IMG/VR virus record: IMGVR_UViG_3300021255_001866
Location: 25,314-89,313 of that record
Length of the DNA stretch: 64,000 bases
Strand: one strand, 5' to 3'
Source of the DNA: a virus
Taxonomy: Duplodnaviria; Caudoviricetes
Program-made: the position numbers and the translations under genes
Notes under the pieces: generated by a model
The model's input: only the letters and a program-made list of their open reading frames with translations
The model's database searches: none
Told to the model about the DNA's origin: nothing
Shown: positions 18,130-28,866 of the stretch, in pieces
How the letters are laid out: each line of letters starts with the position of its first letter
How positions within the stretch are numbered: position 1 is the first letter of the stretch

Positions 18130-18617
18130 ATGTCCTTGAAGATTCTCTTCTTGGATGTTTAGCCCGAAAGGGCAAATAAGTAGATGGAGTATTAAATAAT
18201 AATCGAACTCGTACTGTAACATTCGATGGATGGCGTTTTGTTGATGATTATCTAGTTGAACGTTTAAAACAAATAATTGATGCCACGGGCGCCAAGATCG
18301 TATTAAGTTCTACATGGCGGGATGGTTGGAATAGAGAAGATGAGTCTAAGAATGAACCATTCTTTAACCAGCTCAGAGATAAACTCAAAGAGTATGGAAT
18401 GGAAATTTGGGATGCTCTTCCAATACCTGTGCGGTCAAGTCGTGGCATTGCTATTAATGAATGGTTTAAATTACATAAAGATTTAAGTATCGAATCTTTT
18501 GTAATTTTAGATGATTGGTATGACATGGGTATATATAGAGATTATCTTATTCAAACAAATGGCGGTATTGGCCTCACCGATGAAGATGTACAAGAAGCTA
18601 TTAATATGCTTAATTAA
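18130..18617 (+). CDS. HAD-family phosphatase (RNA-repair-like HAD) interrupted by a 23-nt coding gap at 18160-18182
   Basis: MSLKILFLDV (18130-18159) continues as DGVLN... from 18183 in another frame; later motifs IVLSSTWR and FVILDD are typical of this HAD family. Confidence 0.8.
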
Positions 18618-18630
18618 CAGGTGGTATAGA

Positions 18631-18813
18631 ATGACTATTATTGTTGAAGGCGATTTAAATCGTCTTAAAGAAATTAAACGATTTAATTGCCGTAAGTGTG
18701 GTTGTATTTTTGATGCTGAAAAAGAAGAGTATAAAGTATCAAGCCAGTATAACGAAGAATATTATTCGTGTATCTGTCCAACTTGCGGCAATAATGTGTA
18801 TATTCCGCACTAA
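18631..18813 (+). CDS. Small zinc-ribbon protein
   Basis: CRKCGC...CPTCG. Confidence 0.55.
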   Translation: MTIIVEGDLNRLKEIKRFNCRKCGCIFDAEKEEYKVSSQYNEEYYSCICPTCGNNVYIPH

Positions 18814-19162
18814 AGTAAAAATTTGATTTTTTCTGAATTTTAGTGTATACTATATATAGAAAATGAGAAAGGGGGATAAATAAAATGTACGATGATTTTG
18901 ATACCATGCAGCAAATTGAAGAAATTATTCCCGATGAATATGATGATTGGTGTCGTTGGGTATATGGTGGTGCTTATCGAGAAGAAGAAGATTAAATGAA
19001 AGAATTTTTATTTAAAGTTTCAACTTATCATTATGTTGCTGCTGAAAATCTTGATGAAGCATATGAGAAATTAGAAACAGAAATTATAAACGAATATGAT
19101 CATGTTGTAGATGTTGAAACACTTGATGAATATGAACTATAAGATTTAAAATAAGACATATA

Positions 19163-19231
19163 TTGGTTTGGTGTAGTGGAGATGCACGGCCTTCGCAAAG
19201 GGCAGGGATTAGTTCGATTCTAATAACTGAT
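19163..19231 (+). tRNA. Degenerate tRNA-Cys(GCA)-like gene
   Basis: T-arm ATTAG-TTCGATT-CTAAT and loop TC-GCA-AA; weak acceptor stem, no CCA. Confidence 0.45.
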
Positions 19232-19239
19232 AAAAATCC

Positions 19240-19880
19240 TGAGTCACAAGGAAGTAAAAGATATGTAGACGGTCGCTAGTGTGTAGAATTCTAGATGCGG
19301 TGTCACAAGCATAAATACCACACAACGAATTGATGGTTGTTTTAAGTAGTTTTTCTTCCTCGATATGAAAAAGGTCAAAGTTTAAGCGGCCAGCAACTGT
19401 CGCTATAAAAATAAGTTAATAAGCCAAAGATGAAGTAAGATGTTGGTTCGAATCCAATTCTGCCGAAAAGTGGCAGGTAGTTTAATTGGTAAAACGGCGA
19501 AGAATCTCAATTGGTGTCTCACACAATCCTTGTGGCGAGACAAGTGTGATAAGTCCAGTTACGGCGGTAGAGAAAGATACGCCACATCTATGCTCTACTT
19601 AAAAGGACGTGTAGGGTACCTCCACGTTGGTGCGTCTGGACGGAATTAGGAGCGCAAACTAATAAACCGAGAACTAACACCCGAGATAGTAAAAGCATAA
19701 TATAGCGTAAAAGCTTATTCATTCCTCTTCAAGTATAGAAGGCGGATACATTATCCGATACAACAGTACCTGGACGTGCACATAGAATTTCGGCCATAAT
19801 CGAGATGGAGGGAGCCGTGGAAGCGAATGAAGCTATCGAATTGATGTACTGGGGTGACGGGCAGTATAATCACACCGTCA
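19240..19880 (+). ncRNA. Candidate large structured ncRNA containing a circularly permuted tRNA-like module (19438-19500)
   Basis: No credible ORF; many hairpins; a T-arm, then a loop-closed acceptor stem, then a D-arm. Confidence 0.5.
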
Positions 19881-19884
19881 ATAT

Positions 19885-19961
19885 GCTCGGTTCGAATAAT
19901 AGGTCTAGTTCACGAGGCCTTCAATCTCGTAATAGAAGTTCGAGTCTCCTACCGAGTACCA
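19885..19961 (+). tRNA. tRNA-Glu(TTC), atypical C33
   Basis: Full cloverleaf GCTCGGT/ACCGAGT-A-CCA; loop CC-TTC-AA. Confidence 0.7.
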
Positions 19962-19989
19962 TAAAATGGAAATATAAGGAAATAGATAT

Positions 19990-20065
19990 GGCGGGTGGGA
20001 GGTTAGTATTTCAACCAGCCTCATAAGCTGGGTAAACCGACTGCAATTGTCGAGACCCGCAACCA
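19990..20065 (+). tRNA. tRNA-Met or Ile2 (CAT)
   Basis: CCAGC-CT-CAT-AA-GCTGG; G1.A72 mismatch; non-canonical T-loop TGCAATT; encoded CCA. Confidence 0.8.
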
Positions 20066-20203
20066 GTTACCATTTATTTCAACTCCTTTCTTTGATAAGA
20101 CTCACCTACGGGGAACCATCTCACTATTACTGACCAAAAGGTAATGGCGGCGGAGATGGCTGTGAGAAAATACGCTACCCTTTTTATTTAATTGGTAATT
20201 TAA

Positions 20204-20255
20204 AAGGCACATGCAGCAATTTTAGTGGGTAATCGCAAACCTTTTCGTGTCTTGT
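20204..20255 (+). ncRNA. CAGCAA-handle RNA copy A
   Basis: AAGGCAC-ATG-CAGCAA...GTGTCTT-GT terminal stem. Confidence 0.6.
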
Positions 20256-20672
20256 TTTTCTCTATATTCAAACGATGGCTTCTGAATTCCGAGGTCCACC
20301 ACTGCGTATCGAACGGTCAAAAAGCGCGGGAACTCCAGGGAAAGAACTCTGCGGATACGGGTTGTGCCGTGCAAGTTACCTCCTCAAGAGAAGGAAGACT
20401 ATTTTCCTTAGTAGTCTTCCTTCTTTCTTTTTATTTTGACTTTTTAGAAAATTTTTGGTATAATATATATAGAAAATAAGAAAGGGATAAATAAAATGAA
20501 GGTTTATTTGCTCATTCAAGACCAAGCTCTATGCGTACAAGGGTATGAAGTAGGCATAGAAAGCTATGTTTGCGGGGTATACTCCACGCGTCAGAAAGCA
20601 GCTAAGGCAATGTACGAAAAAGACGATGACCCTTATGTGGATTATCACATTATTGAGAAAGAGGTCGTATAA

Positions 20673-20855
20673 ATGACTCTTGTGGATATTAAAGATTTGA
20701 GGCTAAAAACTGGATGTTCTTTGGGGGATGCTCGCGAAGCAATTAAATATGCAGAAGAGCATGAAGAATGTACTCCTTTAGGATATTTAAAAGCTAAATA
20801 CTTTGCTGTTAAAATTGAGCCTTTTGAGAGAAAAGTGAGGTTGTTTTCAAAATGA
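20673..20855 (+). CDS. Small protein resembling the EF-Ts N-terminal / L7-L12 C-terminal helical motif
   Basis: IKDLRLKTGCSLGDAREAI aligns by eye with VKELRERTGAGMMDCKKAL. Confidence 0.45.
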   Translation: MTLVDIKDLRLKTGCSLGDAREAIKYAEEHEECTPLGYLKAKYFAVKIEPFERKVRLFSK

Positions 20856-21026
20856 ATTATGTTATAAGTGAAGAAAGGCTTAGAGAACTTCTTGAGGAAG
20901 AGGCTCGTTATATTGCTCTTGAAAATGGTGGAGTAGATAATTGGGAGTGGTATGGTGCATCAATTCAAGAATATCTTAGTTTGTGTGAAGTAAATTCTAT
21001 TTTTGAAATAGCAAAAGAAAGGATGA

Positions 21027-21344
21027 ATGAATTTGAAGCTCTGGATTGATGACGTGCGCCGGCCGCCTTCTACGGATTGGATTTGGATTAAAACAGTTAA
21101 AATGGCTAAATCTGTTATTTGGTACTATGAGCATCAATATCAGGATGATACTATTACGATTGACCTTGATCATGATGCCGGCGACTTTACCAAGGACGGT
21201 GGCGACTATATTGAGATTCTGAATTGGCTTGAACGCGAAGGCATTGTTGATACTGGGTACTTTTTTCATATTCATTCTATGAATGTAGTTGGAGTTCAAA
21301 ATATGCGCGCGATTATTCAGCGTAATGGATGGAGAGAGATCTAA
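21027..21344 (+). CDS. Cyclic-phosphate-processing receiver-like protein
   Basis: KLWIDDVR.PP, DLDHDAG and IHSMN.VG..NM motifs. Confidence 0.7.
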   Translation: MNLKLWIDDVRRPPSTDWIWIKTVKMAKSVIWYYEHQYQDDTITIDLDHDAGDFTKDGGDYIEILNWLEREGIVDTGYFFHIHSMNVVGVQNMRAIIQRNGWREI

Positions 21345-22961
21345 AGAGAACGCTTAATGTGTTCTCTTTTTATTTTATATTTGATTTTTTAGAAAATTTA
21401 TGCTATAATGTATATAGAAAATAAGAAAGGGGATAATAAAATGGCTTGGGAAAAGATGGCACATTTGATTGAAGTAAATTATGGTGGTCATGTTGATTGG
21501 GATGAAGAGTTTTTTGAGTGTCCCGAGTGCGGTGAGCCTATCTATAAATGTGATTGGCAAGAAGAAGACTATTTTATGGGACATCCGTATTATGGTACAT
21601 TTTATTGTCCGGTTTGTGAGAGTGTGATTGATTAAATGAAACATTATACAATTGAATTTGGTGAAGGGGCTTAAGTATGGCTGTGTACTTTAAAGGCATG
21701 GAGATGCCGAAGCGTTGTAGTGAATGCTTTTTCGCAAAGCTAAGCCCGACAGGAGAAAGCCTTATCTGTGACCGTATATTATCAAAAGTCCCATGGGATG
21801 AAAGGCCGTTTGATTGTCCTTTCAGCGAAGTTCAAGAACCACATGGGCGGCTGATTGATGCAGATGCACTACCAATAAGTACGGCTGTATCACTTGATGG
21901 GAAGCCCTATCAATATGTTCACATCGATAATATTAAAGCTGCTCCAACTATTATTTCAGCAAGTAAAGAGGGCGAGTGATGGAGCAGTTTTGTGGATGCT
22001 GGATGACTTATCCTAGATGCAAGGAAGATTGCTATTGGTATGAAGAATGGCAAGACATGGGAGCTCACATTCCATACTGTCGGTGTAAGAAAAGTGATTT
22101 TATTGAGCCAAAAGATTGTGAGAATTGTGAGCAATATCACAGCAAGTACAAACCTACAAACGCCGACCGCATCCGCGCCATGAGCGACGAGGAACTGGCT
22201 GGGTGGCTTGCAGATCATCCCGTAGTTTCGGAGTATGACGAAAACAATCCGCAACATAAAGCGTGGCTCGACTGGCTGAAAGAGGAGGCTGAGTAATGAC
22301 TAATGCCGACAAGATCAAGCAAATGAGCTTCGTTGAACTTACACAATTCCTTGCAGAAAATTTCGATTGCGAATGTTGCCCTGCGAAAGTCGGGGATGAT
22401 TGCCAATACTGTCTGCAAGCAGTTGCAGATTGGCTAAAGCAAGAAATAGATTAAATTTTAAGGAGGGCTGCGGCGTGTCTCGTTCATATAAAAAGCATCC
22501 ATATTGTACTGATGGTCATCGCCGCAGTACGAAGGAAACAAAACAGATTGCTAATCGTTGCGTGCGCCGCCGCAACAAACGGATAACTCTTGGATATTTA
22601 ACAAGAGAATCACGGTATAGAGACATTTTAACTCTTGATGGTATGTCATATAAGAAATTTTGGTGTTCTTGGGATATTCATGATTATATTAGTCGTTGGA
22701 CTAAAGCAGAAGCAATCCATGAATGGGAGCATCCACATTGGCAATATTGGGAATATAGAGATGAATGGTGGCATACTTGGGAAGAATATAAGACAAAAGA
22801 AGAAATGGAACAGTATTGGGCTAAGTGGTATAGGAGAAAGTAATGAAATTTGTATCTGATATAAAATATTGTCCAAAATGTGGTAGGCCTATGCATTTTA
22901 CTAATATTGGTACTTTTTATTATTGGATTTGTTTTATATGTATGGTGGAAGAGGATGAAAA

Positions 22962-23522
22962 ATGATTGAAGGGCTTTATAAATGTTTTGAACATTGGCAT
23001 AGAGAGGGTACGGTTTGGCTTTACAGTGACACCCATTTTAATGAAGATAGCGATATTCGTGTGGCATTTCCAAATCGCCCTTCTGCCGAAGAACAAATCA
23101 AACTAATTAATTCTAAGGTCGGCCGCAAGGATCATCTAATTCTTCTTGGAGATGTTGGAGACATTGAGTGCGCGCGAAAGCTCAGAGGACATAAGATTCT
23201 TATTAAGGGGAACCATGATAGTGGTCTTTCTAATTATGAAGATGTATTTGAAGAAGTATATGGCGGCCCGCTCATGATTGGAGAACGTATTATTTTGTCT
23301 CATGAGCCGCTGGCCATTAGCTGGGCTTTTAATATTCATGGGCATACTCATATGAGTACCTTTGATCGCCCTGGTCATCTTTGTGTATGTAGTGATGTAA
23401 TTCATTATATGCCTGTAAACTTTAATCAGTTTGTAAAGAGCGGCCGGCTCAAAGAAGTTATGTCACTGCATCGTTCTACGATTGATAAAGCAACAGAAAG
23501 AAAGCAGAAAAGGAGTAAGTAA
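22962..23522 (+). CDS. Calcineurin-like metallophosphoesterase
   Basis: SDTHF, LGD, GNHD, SHEP, IHGHTH. Confidence 0.85.
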   Translation: MIEGLYKCFEHWHREGTVWLYSDTHFNEDSDIRVAFPNRPSAEEQIKLINSKVGRKDHLILLGDVGDIECARKLRGHKILIKGNHDSGLSNYEDVFEEVYGGPLMIGERIILSHEPLAISWAFNIHGHTHMSTFDRPGHLCVCSDVIHYMPVNFNQFVKSGRLKEVMSLHRSTIDKATERKQKRSK

Positions 23523-23523
23523 T

Positions 23524-24294
23524 ATGGAACAAAGAATTGTGCGCCCAAATATGGCAGAACATTATTTTTTTTATAATATGAGTTTTCCTCCTTATCGGCA
23601 ATTTATGCTAGTACCCGTCGGTAGTTGGAATTATAATTGTGCAGATGAACATAGTGATGTAGATACTAAAGCAATCTTTGTTCCTTCTATTTATAATGTG
23701 ATTGAAGATAAATGTGAATCATATACTCATTTTCTTCAAAATGAAGAACATATTAGTTGCCATGATATTCGCAATTATATGAAAAGTCTTGTTAAAGGGA
23801 ATCCACAGTTTTTGGAAACTCTTTTTTCTAAATGGGGAGATTTAAATACTGGGTATTATGGAGAAGAAATTCACAATTTAATGTATATACGTGAAGATAT
23901 TGCACGTTGTAATCCAAATAATACTATGCGTGCACTTCTTGGTATGGCTGACCGCAACTATAAACTTTGTATGTCGCGGAGTGAAGAAGATCATCTTGGT
24001 AAATGGGTTTATCAACTTGTGCGCATTGAAGAGTGTATGAATAAGTATTGCCAAGGTAGAAGTTTTGAAGAATGTCTTCATACGGATAAACGTGATTTTT
24101 TACTTTCGTTAAAAAATAATGAATATAATAAAGAAGTATTAACTGCTAATGCAGAAGCTTTTATTATGCTTTGTCATAGTCATTATGATAGTTTTATCTT
24201 TATGAATAATAAAGAAGATAAATGGACTCAATATAAAGTAGAACAAATTGTAATGCAAGTGATGCGGAAATCCATTGAAAAATTTGATAAGTAA
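23524..24294 (+). CDS. Pol-beta superfamily nucleotidyltransferase (RlaP-like)
   Basis: GSWNY....EHSDVDTKAIFVP and LVKGNPQFLETLF; adjacent to the RNA ligase. Confidence 0.75.
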   Translation: MEQRIVRPNMAEHYFFYNMSFPPYRQFMLVPVGSWNYNCADEHSDVDTKAIFVPSIYNVIEDKCESYTHFLQNEEHISCHDIRNYMKSLVKGNPQFLETLFSKWGDLNTGYYGEEIHNLMYIREDIARCNPNNTMRALLGMADRNYKLCMSRSEEDHLGKWVYQLVRIEECMNKYCQGRSFEECLHTDKRDFLLSLKNNEYNKEVLTANAEAFIMLCHSHYDSFIFMNNKEDKWTQYKVEQIVMQVMRKSIEKFDK

Positions 24295-24549
24295 GTAATT
24301 TTATAGTATAATATATATAGAAAATAAGAAAGGGAGTAATAATAATGGAAAGAATGTTTTGCAAAGATGCTAATGCAATTGTTGCAGTTTATAAATTTGA
24401 TATGGCATCTGGCATGGCTCTTATTTACAATCCTTGGCTTGCTGAAAAACAGAATGGCAATGGATGGAAACAAGTGAAAATTTCTAAACTTATTCCTTTT
24501 GATCTTGAAAAAGAAGAGCTTCCTGAAAAATTTAGAAAGGAGTAATTAA

Positions 24550-25764
24550 ATGCTTAATAAGGATAATCAGAGAGAACTTTGTTATGTAGTGACTATTGAT
24601 GAAATTCGTCCTATTCCTAATTATGATCGTGTCGAGCATGCTCGTGTTGGTGGTTGGTGGGTGATTGTTCAGAAGGGTCAGTTTAACGTTGGCGATCCCG
24701 CGATTTATTTTGAGATTGACTCCAAGGTTCCGTCTGATAAGGAATGTTTTGCATTTCTTGAGAAGCGGAACTATAAGGTAAAAACGCTTCGTATGTGTAA
24801 GGTTATAAGCCAAGGGCTTCTTATGCACGCTGAAGATTTCGAATGGACTATTAATGAGTGGGGCGATGCGATTGTTGATGAAAAAGGCGATCGTCATTAT
24901 CCCATAGATGAGTCTCGTTTCCTTACCGAAAAACTTGGTGTAACTTATGCTGACGACGAAGATAATAAACGCAAAGCTCCTTCTGTAGATAAGTATAAAA
25001 AGATGGCTCAGCGGCATCCTAATATCTTTAAGAAGAAGTGGGCGCGCTGGCTGATGAAGCGTGAGTGGGGCCGGAAGTTGATGTTTGTATTCTTCGGTAA
25101 GAAGAAAGACAAAAAGAACGGCTGGCCTAGTTATATTGCACAAAAAACTGATGTTGAGAGAATCCAGAATTGTATATTTTTACTAAAAGATAAACAGCCT
25201 TATGTCGCCAGCGAAAAAGTCGACGGATCGAGCTTCTCCGCTATGGCTGAACGTGGAAAATTTAATAAGATTAAATATTATGTCTGTTCTCGTAATGTAG
25301 TCTTTGATACTCCTGATGCTCCTTGCTTCTATGATAGTAATATTTATTTTGAAGCTTGGAATAAGTATAATCTGAAAGAAATTATTACCAATATTCTTAA
25401 TGATTATAATCTTCCTAATGTTGCTATTCAAGCAGAGATTTATGGTGATGGAATTCAGAAGCGCAATTATTCTCTTCATAATGGAGAGCATCATATGGCA
25501 GTATTTCATATTGTTTCTAATGGTGTAAAGTTCCCTATGGATAAAACTGTAGAGATCTGTGAGAAATATGGACTTCCTCATGTTCCTATTGTAGATGACA
25601 ATTATATTCTTCCTGATACTATTGATGAACTTCAGACATATGTTGAAAACGCGCAGTCAATGATTGATGGAAAACCGCGCGAAGGCATTGTTTTTTATGA
25701 TAAGGAAACTGGTCAGCAATACTTTAAGTTTGTGTCTCCAGATTTTCTTCTTAAATTTCATTAA
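24550..25764 (+). CDS. ATP-dependent RNA ligase (Rnl2 / DRB0094-like) with N-terminal OB-fold
   Basis: EKVDGSS (motif I), QAEIYG, VFHI, REGIV and FKFVS; N-terminus with YFEIDS. Confidence 0.88.
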   Translation: MLNKDNQRELCYVVTIDEIRPIPNYDRVEHARVGGWWVIVQKGQFNVGDPAIYFEIDSKVPSDKECFAFLEKRNYKVKTLRMCKVISQGLLMHAEDFEWTINEWGDAIVDEKGDRHYPIDESRFLTEKLGVTYADDEDNKRKAPSVDKYKKMAQRHPNIFKKKWARWLMKREWGRKLMFVFFGKKKDKKNGWPSYIAQKTDVERIQNCIFLLKDKQPYVASEKVDGSSFSAMAERGKFNKIKYYVCSRNVVFDTPDAPCFYDSNIYFEAWNKYNLKEIITNILNDYNLPNVAIQAEIYGDGIQKRNYSLHNGEHHMAVFHIVSNGVKFPMDKTVEICEKYGLPHVPIVDDNYILPDTIDELQTYVENAQSMIDGKPREGIVFYDKETGQQYFKFVSPDFLLKFH

Positions 25765-25838
25765 TTTTCTATACTCTCTTAATCCAAAGATTACTTTATT
25801 TGGAAGATTAAGAGAGTATTTAAAATGGAGAGAAAATT

Positions 25839-26567
25839 ATGGGAAGTTTTATTGATTTAACTGGGAAAAATTTTGGTAGACTAACTGTAATAGAACGAAT
25901 ATATAAAAAAGGCAATGAATGGTATTGGAAGTGTTAGTGTTAGTGTGGAAATATATGTGAAGTTAGAGGAGTATCATTAAGAGAAGGTGCAACAAAATCA
26001 TGTGGATGCCTAAAGAAAGAAAAAGACAGATAGCCGAAAGGAAATGTAAAAGATGAAATTGGTAATAAATATGGACATTTAACTGTTATTGCACGCGCTG
26101 GAAGTAGTGGTGGACAAGCAATTTGGGAATGCGAATGTGATTGTGATGCAAAAACTCATATATTTGTATTAGGTAATAATTTAAGGCGTGGTCATACTCA
26201 ATCATGCGGATGTGATAGACGTTCTCACGGAGAAAAGAAAGTAGAACAGTTATTGAAAGAAAATAATATTTCTTATATCCAAGAGTATAAAGCTTTTAAA
26301 TTCTCATCAGGAATGTGGGCAAGATTTGATTTTTATGTAAATGATCAATATATTATAGAATATGATGGGGAAACACATTATCAAAGTAATAAACATGGTT
26401 GGCATAATGAAGAGCATTTATAGAAAACACAAGAACGTGATATAATTAAAAATCAATGGTGTAAGGATAATAATATTCCATTAATTAGAATTCCTTACAC
26501 TCACTTTGATGAATTATGTATAGATGATTTAATATTGGGGACTAGTAAGTTTGTGGTAAATGGGTAA
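25839..26567 (+). CDS. Putative homing endonuclease (Cys repeats plus Vsr/DUF559-like domain), 4 in-frame TAG
   Basis: DLTGKNFGRLTVI...WKC(Q)C(Q)CGN...SCGC repeated twice, then RFDFYV..IIEYDG.TH. Confidence 0.8.
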
Positions 26568-26909
26568 TTATCAGATATTCTGCGGTTGTTTCTGGATTGG
26601 AATAGTCATAATGGCAATTGTATATAAGGATGGAGAAAAGTAATTTGACTTTTCTCCATTTTTATATTATAATATATATAGAAAGTATGAAAGGGGATCT
26701 ATAAAATGACCGTTTATGAAAAGATTGATCGTGTTCTGAAACAGCATGAAAGCTATAAGTATTGTGAGCGATCATTGGATTCTATTGCTGACTATATTGA
26801 CTGGGCATGGAAGTGGCGAAAAATTAGTAGAGAAGAAATGGAGAACGCTGCGGATAGAGTTTGTGAGTTGTATGCGCGAGAATTAAAGAAGGAAAGGATT
26901 TAAGATTTG

Positions 26910-27416
26910 ATGGATAATAAAACTCTTTGGATTATGTGCGGGCCGCCAGCTTCGGGGAAAAGTTTTTATGCCACTCATACGTTACAGTGCGGCGCTGGCT
27001 GGAGTTATGTTTCGCGTGATATAATTCGATTCTCTATTGTGGGAGAAGAAGAAGAATATTTTTCACATGAAAAAGAAGTGTTTGATACTTTTGTTGAAAA
27101 TATTGTAGCCAGGCTTAATACTGAAGGTATTTATAACGTTATTGCTGATGCTACTCATTTGAATTGGGTTTCTCGTAGAAAACTTATTAAAGCAGTAGAA
27201 TATTATCTTGGTTTTGGTTTTCGAGATTTGAATATTATCCCGGTCTTTATGAATACTCCTATTGAAGTAATTGAAGAAAGAAATTCAAAACGGACTGGCC
27301 GCGAACGCGTACCAAGTAAAGTGTTGAGAGACATGAATTTTAATTATGAAGATCCCAAAACTGATCCTTATAATTATAATGGAATATTGTATGTAAATTA
27401 TTATGGAAGTGTATAA
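26910..27416 (+). CDS. P-loop kinase, polynucleotide-kinase-like
   Basis: GPPASGKS, VSRD.IR, DATHL...R, RN..R.GR..VP. Confidence 0.8.
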   Translation: MDNKTLWIMCGPPASGKSFYATHTLQCGAGWSYVSRDIIRFSIVGEEEEYFSHEKEVFDTFVENIVARLNTEGIYNVIADATHLNWVSRRKLIKAVEYYLGFGFRDLNIIPVFMNTPIEVIEERNSKRTGRERVPSKVLRDMNFNYEDPKTDPYNYNGILYVNYYGSV

Positions 27417-27949
27417 TGATATATCTAACTTCTGATTTTCATTTTGGTCATGACCGCGAGTTTATTTATGGTCCACGTGGATATAGTAATATATATGAAG
27501 AAGCAGAAGATCTAATTCAGAAATTTAATAGTGTTGTAACGTGGGAAGATACAGTCTATATTCTTGGTGATTGTATGCTGAATAATGATGAATTTGGACT
27601 AAAGTGTCTGCGACGGCTCAATGGATTTAAATATCTTATTGTAGGTAATCATGATACAATTGCACGAGTAATGAAGTACCAAGATAGTGGTATCTTTACG
27701 TCTATCGATTACGGCGGCCGCCTACATTATAATAACTGGACGTATCTACTTTCACATTATCCGCAGATCACAGAAAATTATCAAGATCGTCATAAGGTTA
27801 TAAGTCTTTGCGGCCATTCCCATACAAAAGATCCTTTTCTTCATTGGGATAATGGACTTATTTATCATGTTGAAGTAGATGCACATGATGGCTACCCAGT
27901 AAGTATAGACCAAATTGAAAGTGATATACGGAAGAAACTTAATATTTGA
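27416..27949 (+). CDS. Calcineurin-like metallophosphoesterase
   Basis: SDFHF, LGD, GNHD, SHYP, CGHSH; coupled to the kinase. Confidence 0.85.
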   Translation: MIYLTSDFHFGHDREFIYGPRGYSNIYEEAEDLIQKFNSVVTWEDTVYILGDCMLNNDEFGLKCLRRLNGFKYLIVGNHDTIARVMKYQDSGIFTSIDYGGRLHYNNWTYLLSHYPQITENYQDRHKVISLCGHSHTKDPFLHWDNGLIYHVEVDAHDGYPVSIDQIESDIRKKLNI

Positions 27950-28005
27950 TTTTCTTTTAATTTTATAGTATAATATATATAGAAAATGAGAAAGGAGAAA
28001 ATCAA

Positions 28006-28482
28006 ATGTCTTTTAAGTCTGAAGTTGTACAGTGGCTGTGTGATAATGGATTTTCAAATCTTGGCGTTGAATTGAATAGTGATTTTTGTTATTCAACTGG
28101 TGAAGATATTGATTTTAATTATGTTGGTGAATGTGTAATTAAAGTTGGTATAGATCACTTTGATGAAATTGATAAGTGGTTTGAGCAGTTTCTGTATGAA
28201 TATGGACTTGAATGGATGGATTTGGGACGAGTTCTTCCTTTTATTCATGAACTTGGACATCATAATACTGTCTATAATTTTAGTCATCTTGAACGTCTGA
28301 TGTTATATTATAGCAAATTTGGGATTTTCTTTAATGAAGGTGTGACTATTGAAGAAATGTTTAAGTATTGGGAAATGCCAGATGAATTTGCAGCTAACGT
28401 ATGGGCAGTAAATTTTATTAATAAGAATATTTCAGAAGTAGAGCGGCTGGTTAATATATTTTTGAAATATCAGATGATGTAA
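28006..28482 (+). CDS. Hypothetical protein with HExxH metallopeptidase-like motif
   Basis: IHELGHH...E..AN..A. Confidence 0.5.
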   Translation: MSFKSEVVQWLCDNGFSNLGVELNSDFCYSTGEDIDFNYVGECVIKVGIDHFDEIDKWFEQFLYEYGLEWMDLGRVLPFIHELGHHNTVYNFSHLERLMLYYSKFGIFFNEGVTIEEMFKYWEMPDEFAANVWAVNFINKNISEVERLVNIFLKYQMM

Positions 28483-28494
28483 GGGGTGAAAAAG

Positions 28495-28866
28495 ATGTTG
28501 CGGGATAAGAGAAGTGTTACTAATCGTAAGAAGTATCAAAGAGAAGTAAATAAAGTTGTAAGGAAATGGAATCAGTCTATTAAGAATGATTGGCTTTGGG
28601 CTGGCCGGTTTGTACTTCGTTAGCGCGCGGCATATTTTTGGCCCTTTGAAGATAAGAGTGGTGCAGAATTTAGCGTTTGGTTGGAATTTACTGATACTAA
28701 AACGGGTGCGAAAGAGATTAAGAATTTTCACAATTATAATCTTGAGTGGCATCTTGGTGAATGGCTGAACCGTTGTATTATTGAGTATTGGAAGGTATGG
28801 GACGAAAAGCCGAATCCGAATGAACAAGCGCGGGCGGCTGGCAGAAAACCAGAGGAGGTGTGGTAA
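28495..28866 (+). CDS. Hypothetical protein, 1 in-frame TAG
   Basis: ATG 28495 with RBS; GRFVLR(TAG 28621)RAAYF continues in frame with track fragment 28681-28866. Confidence 0.7.
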
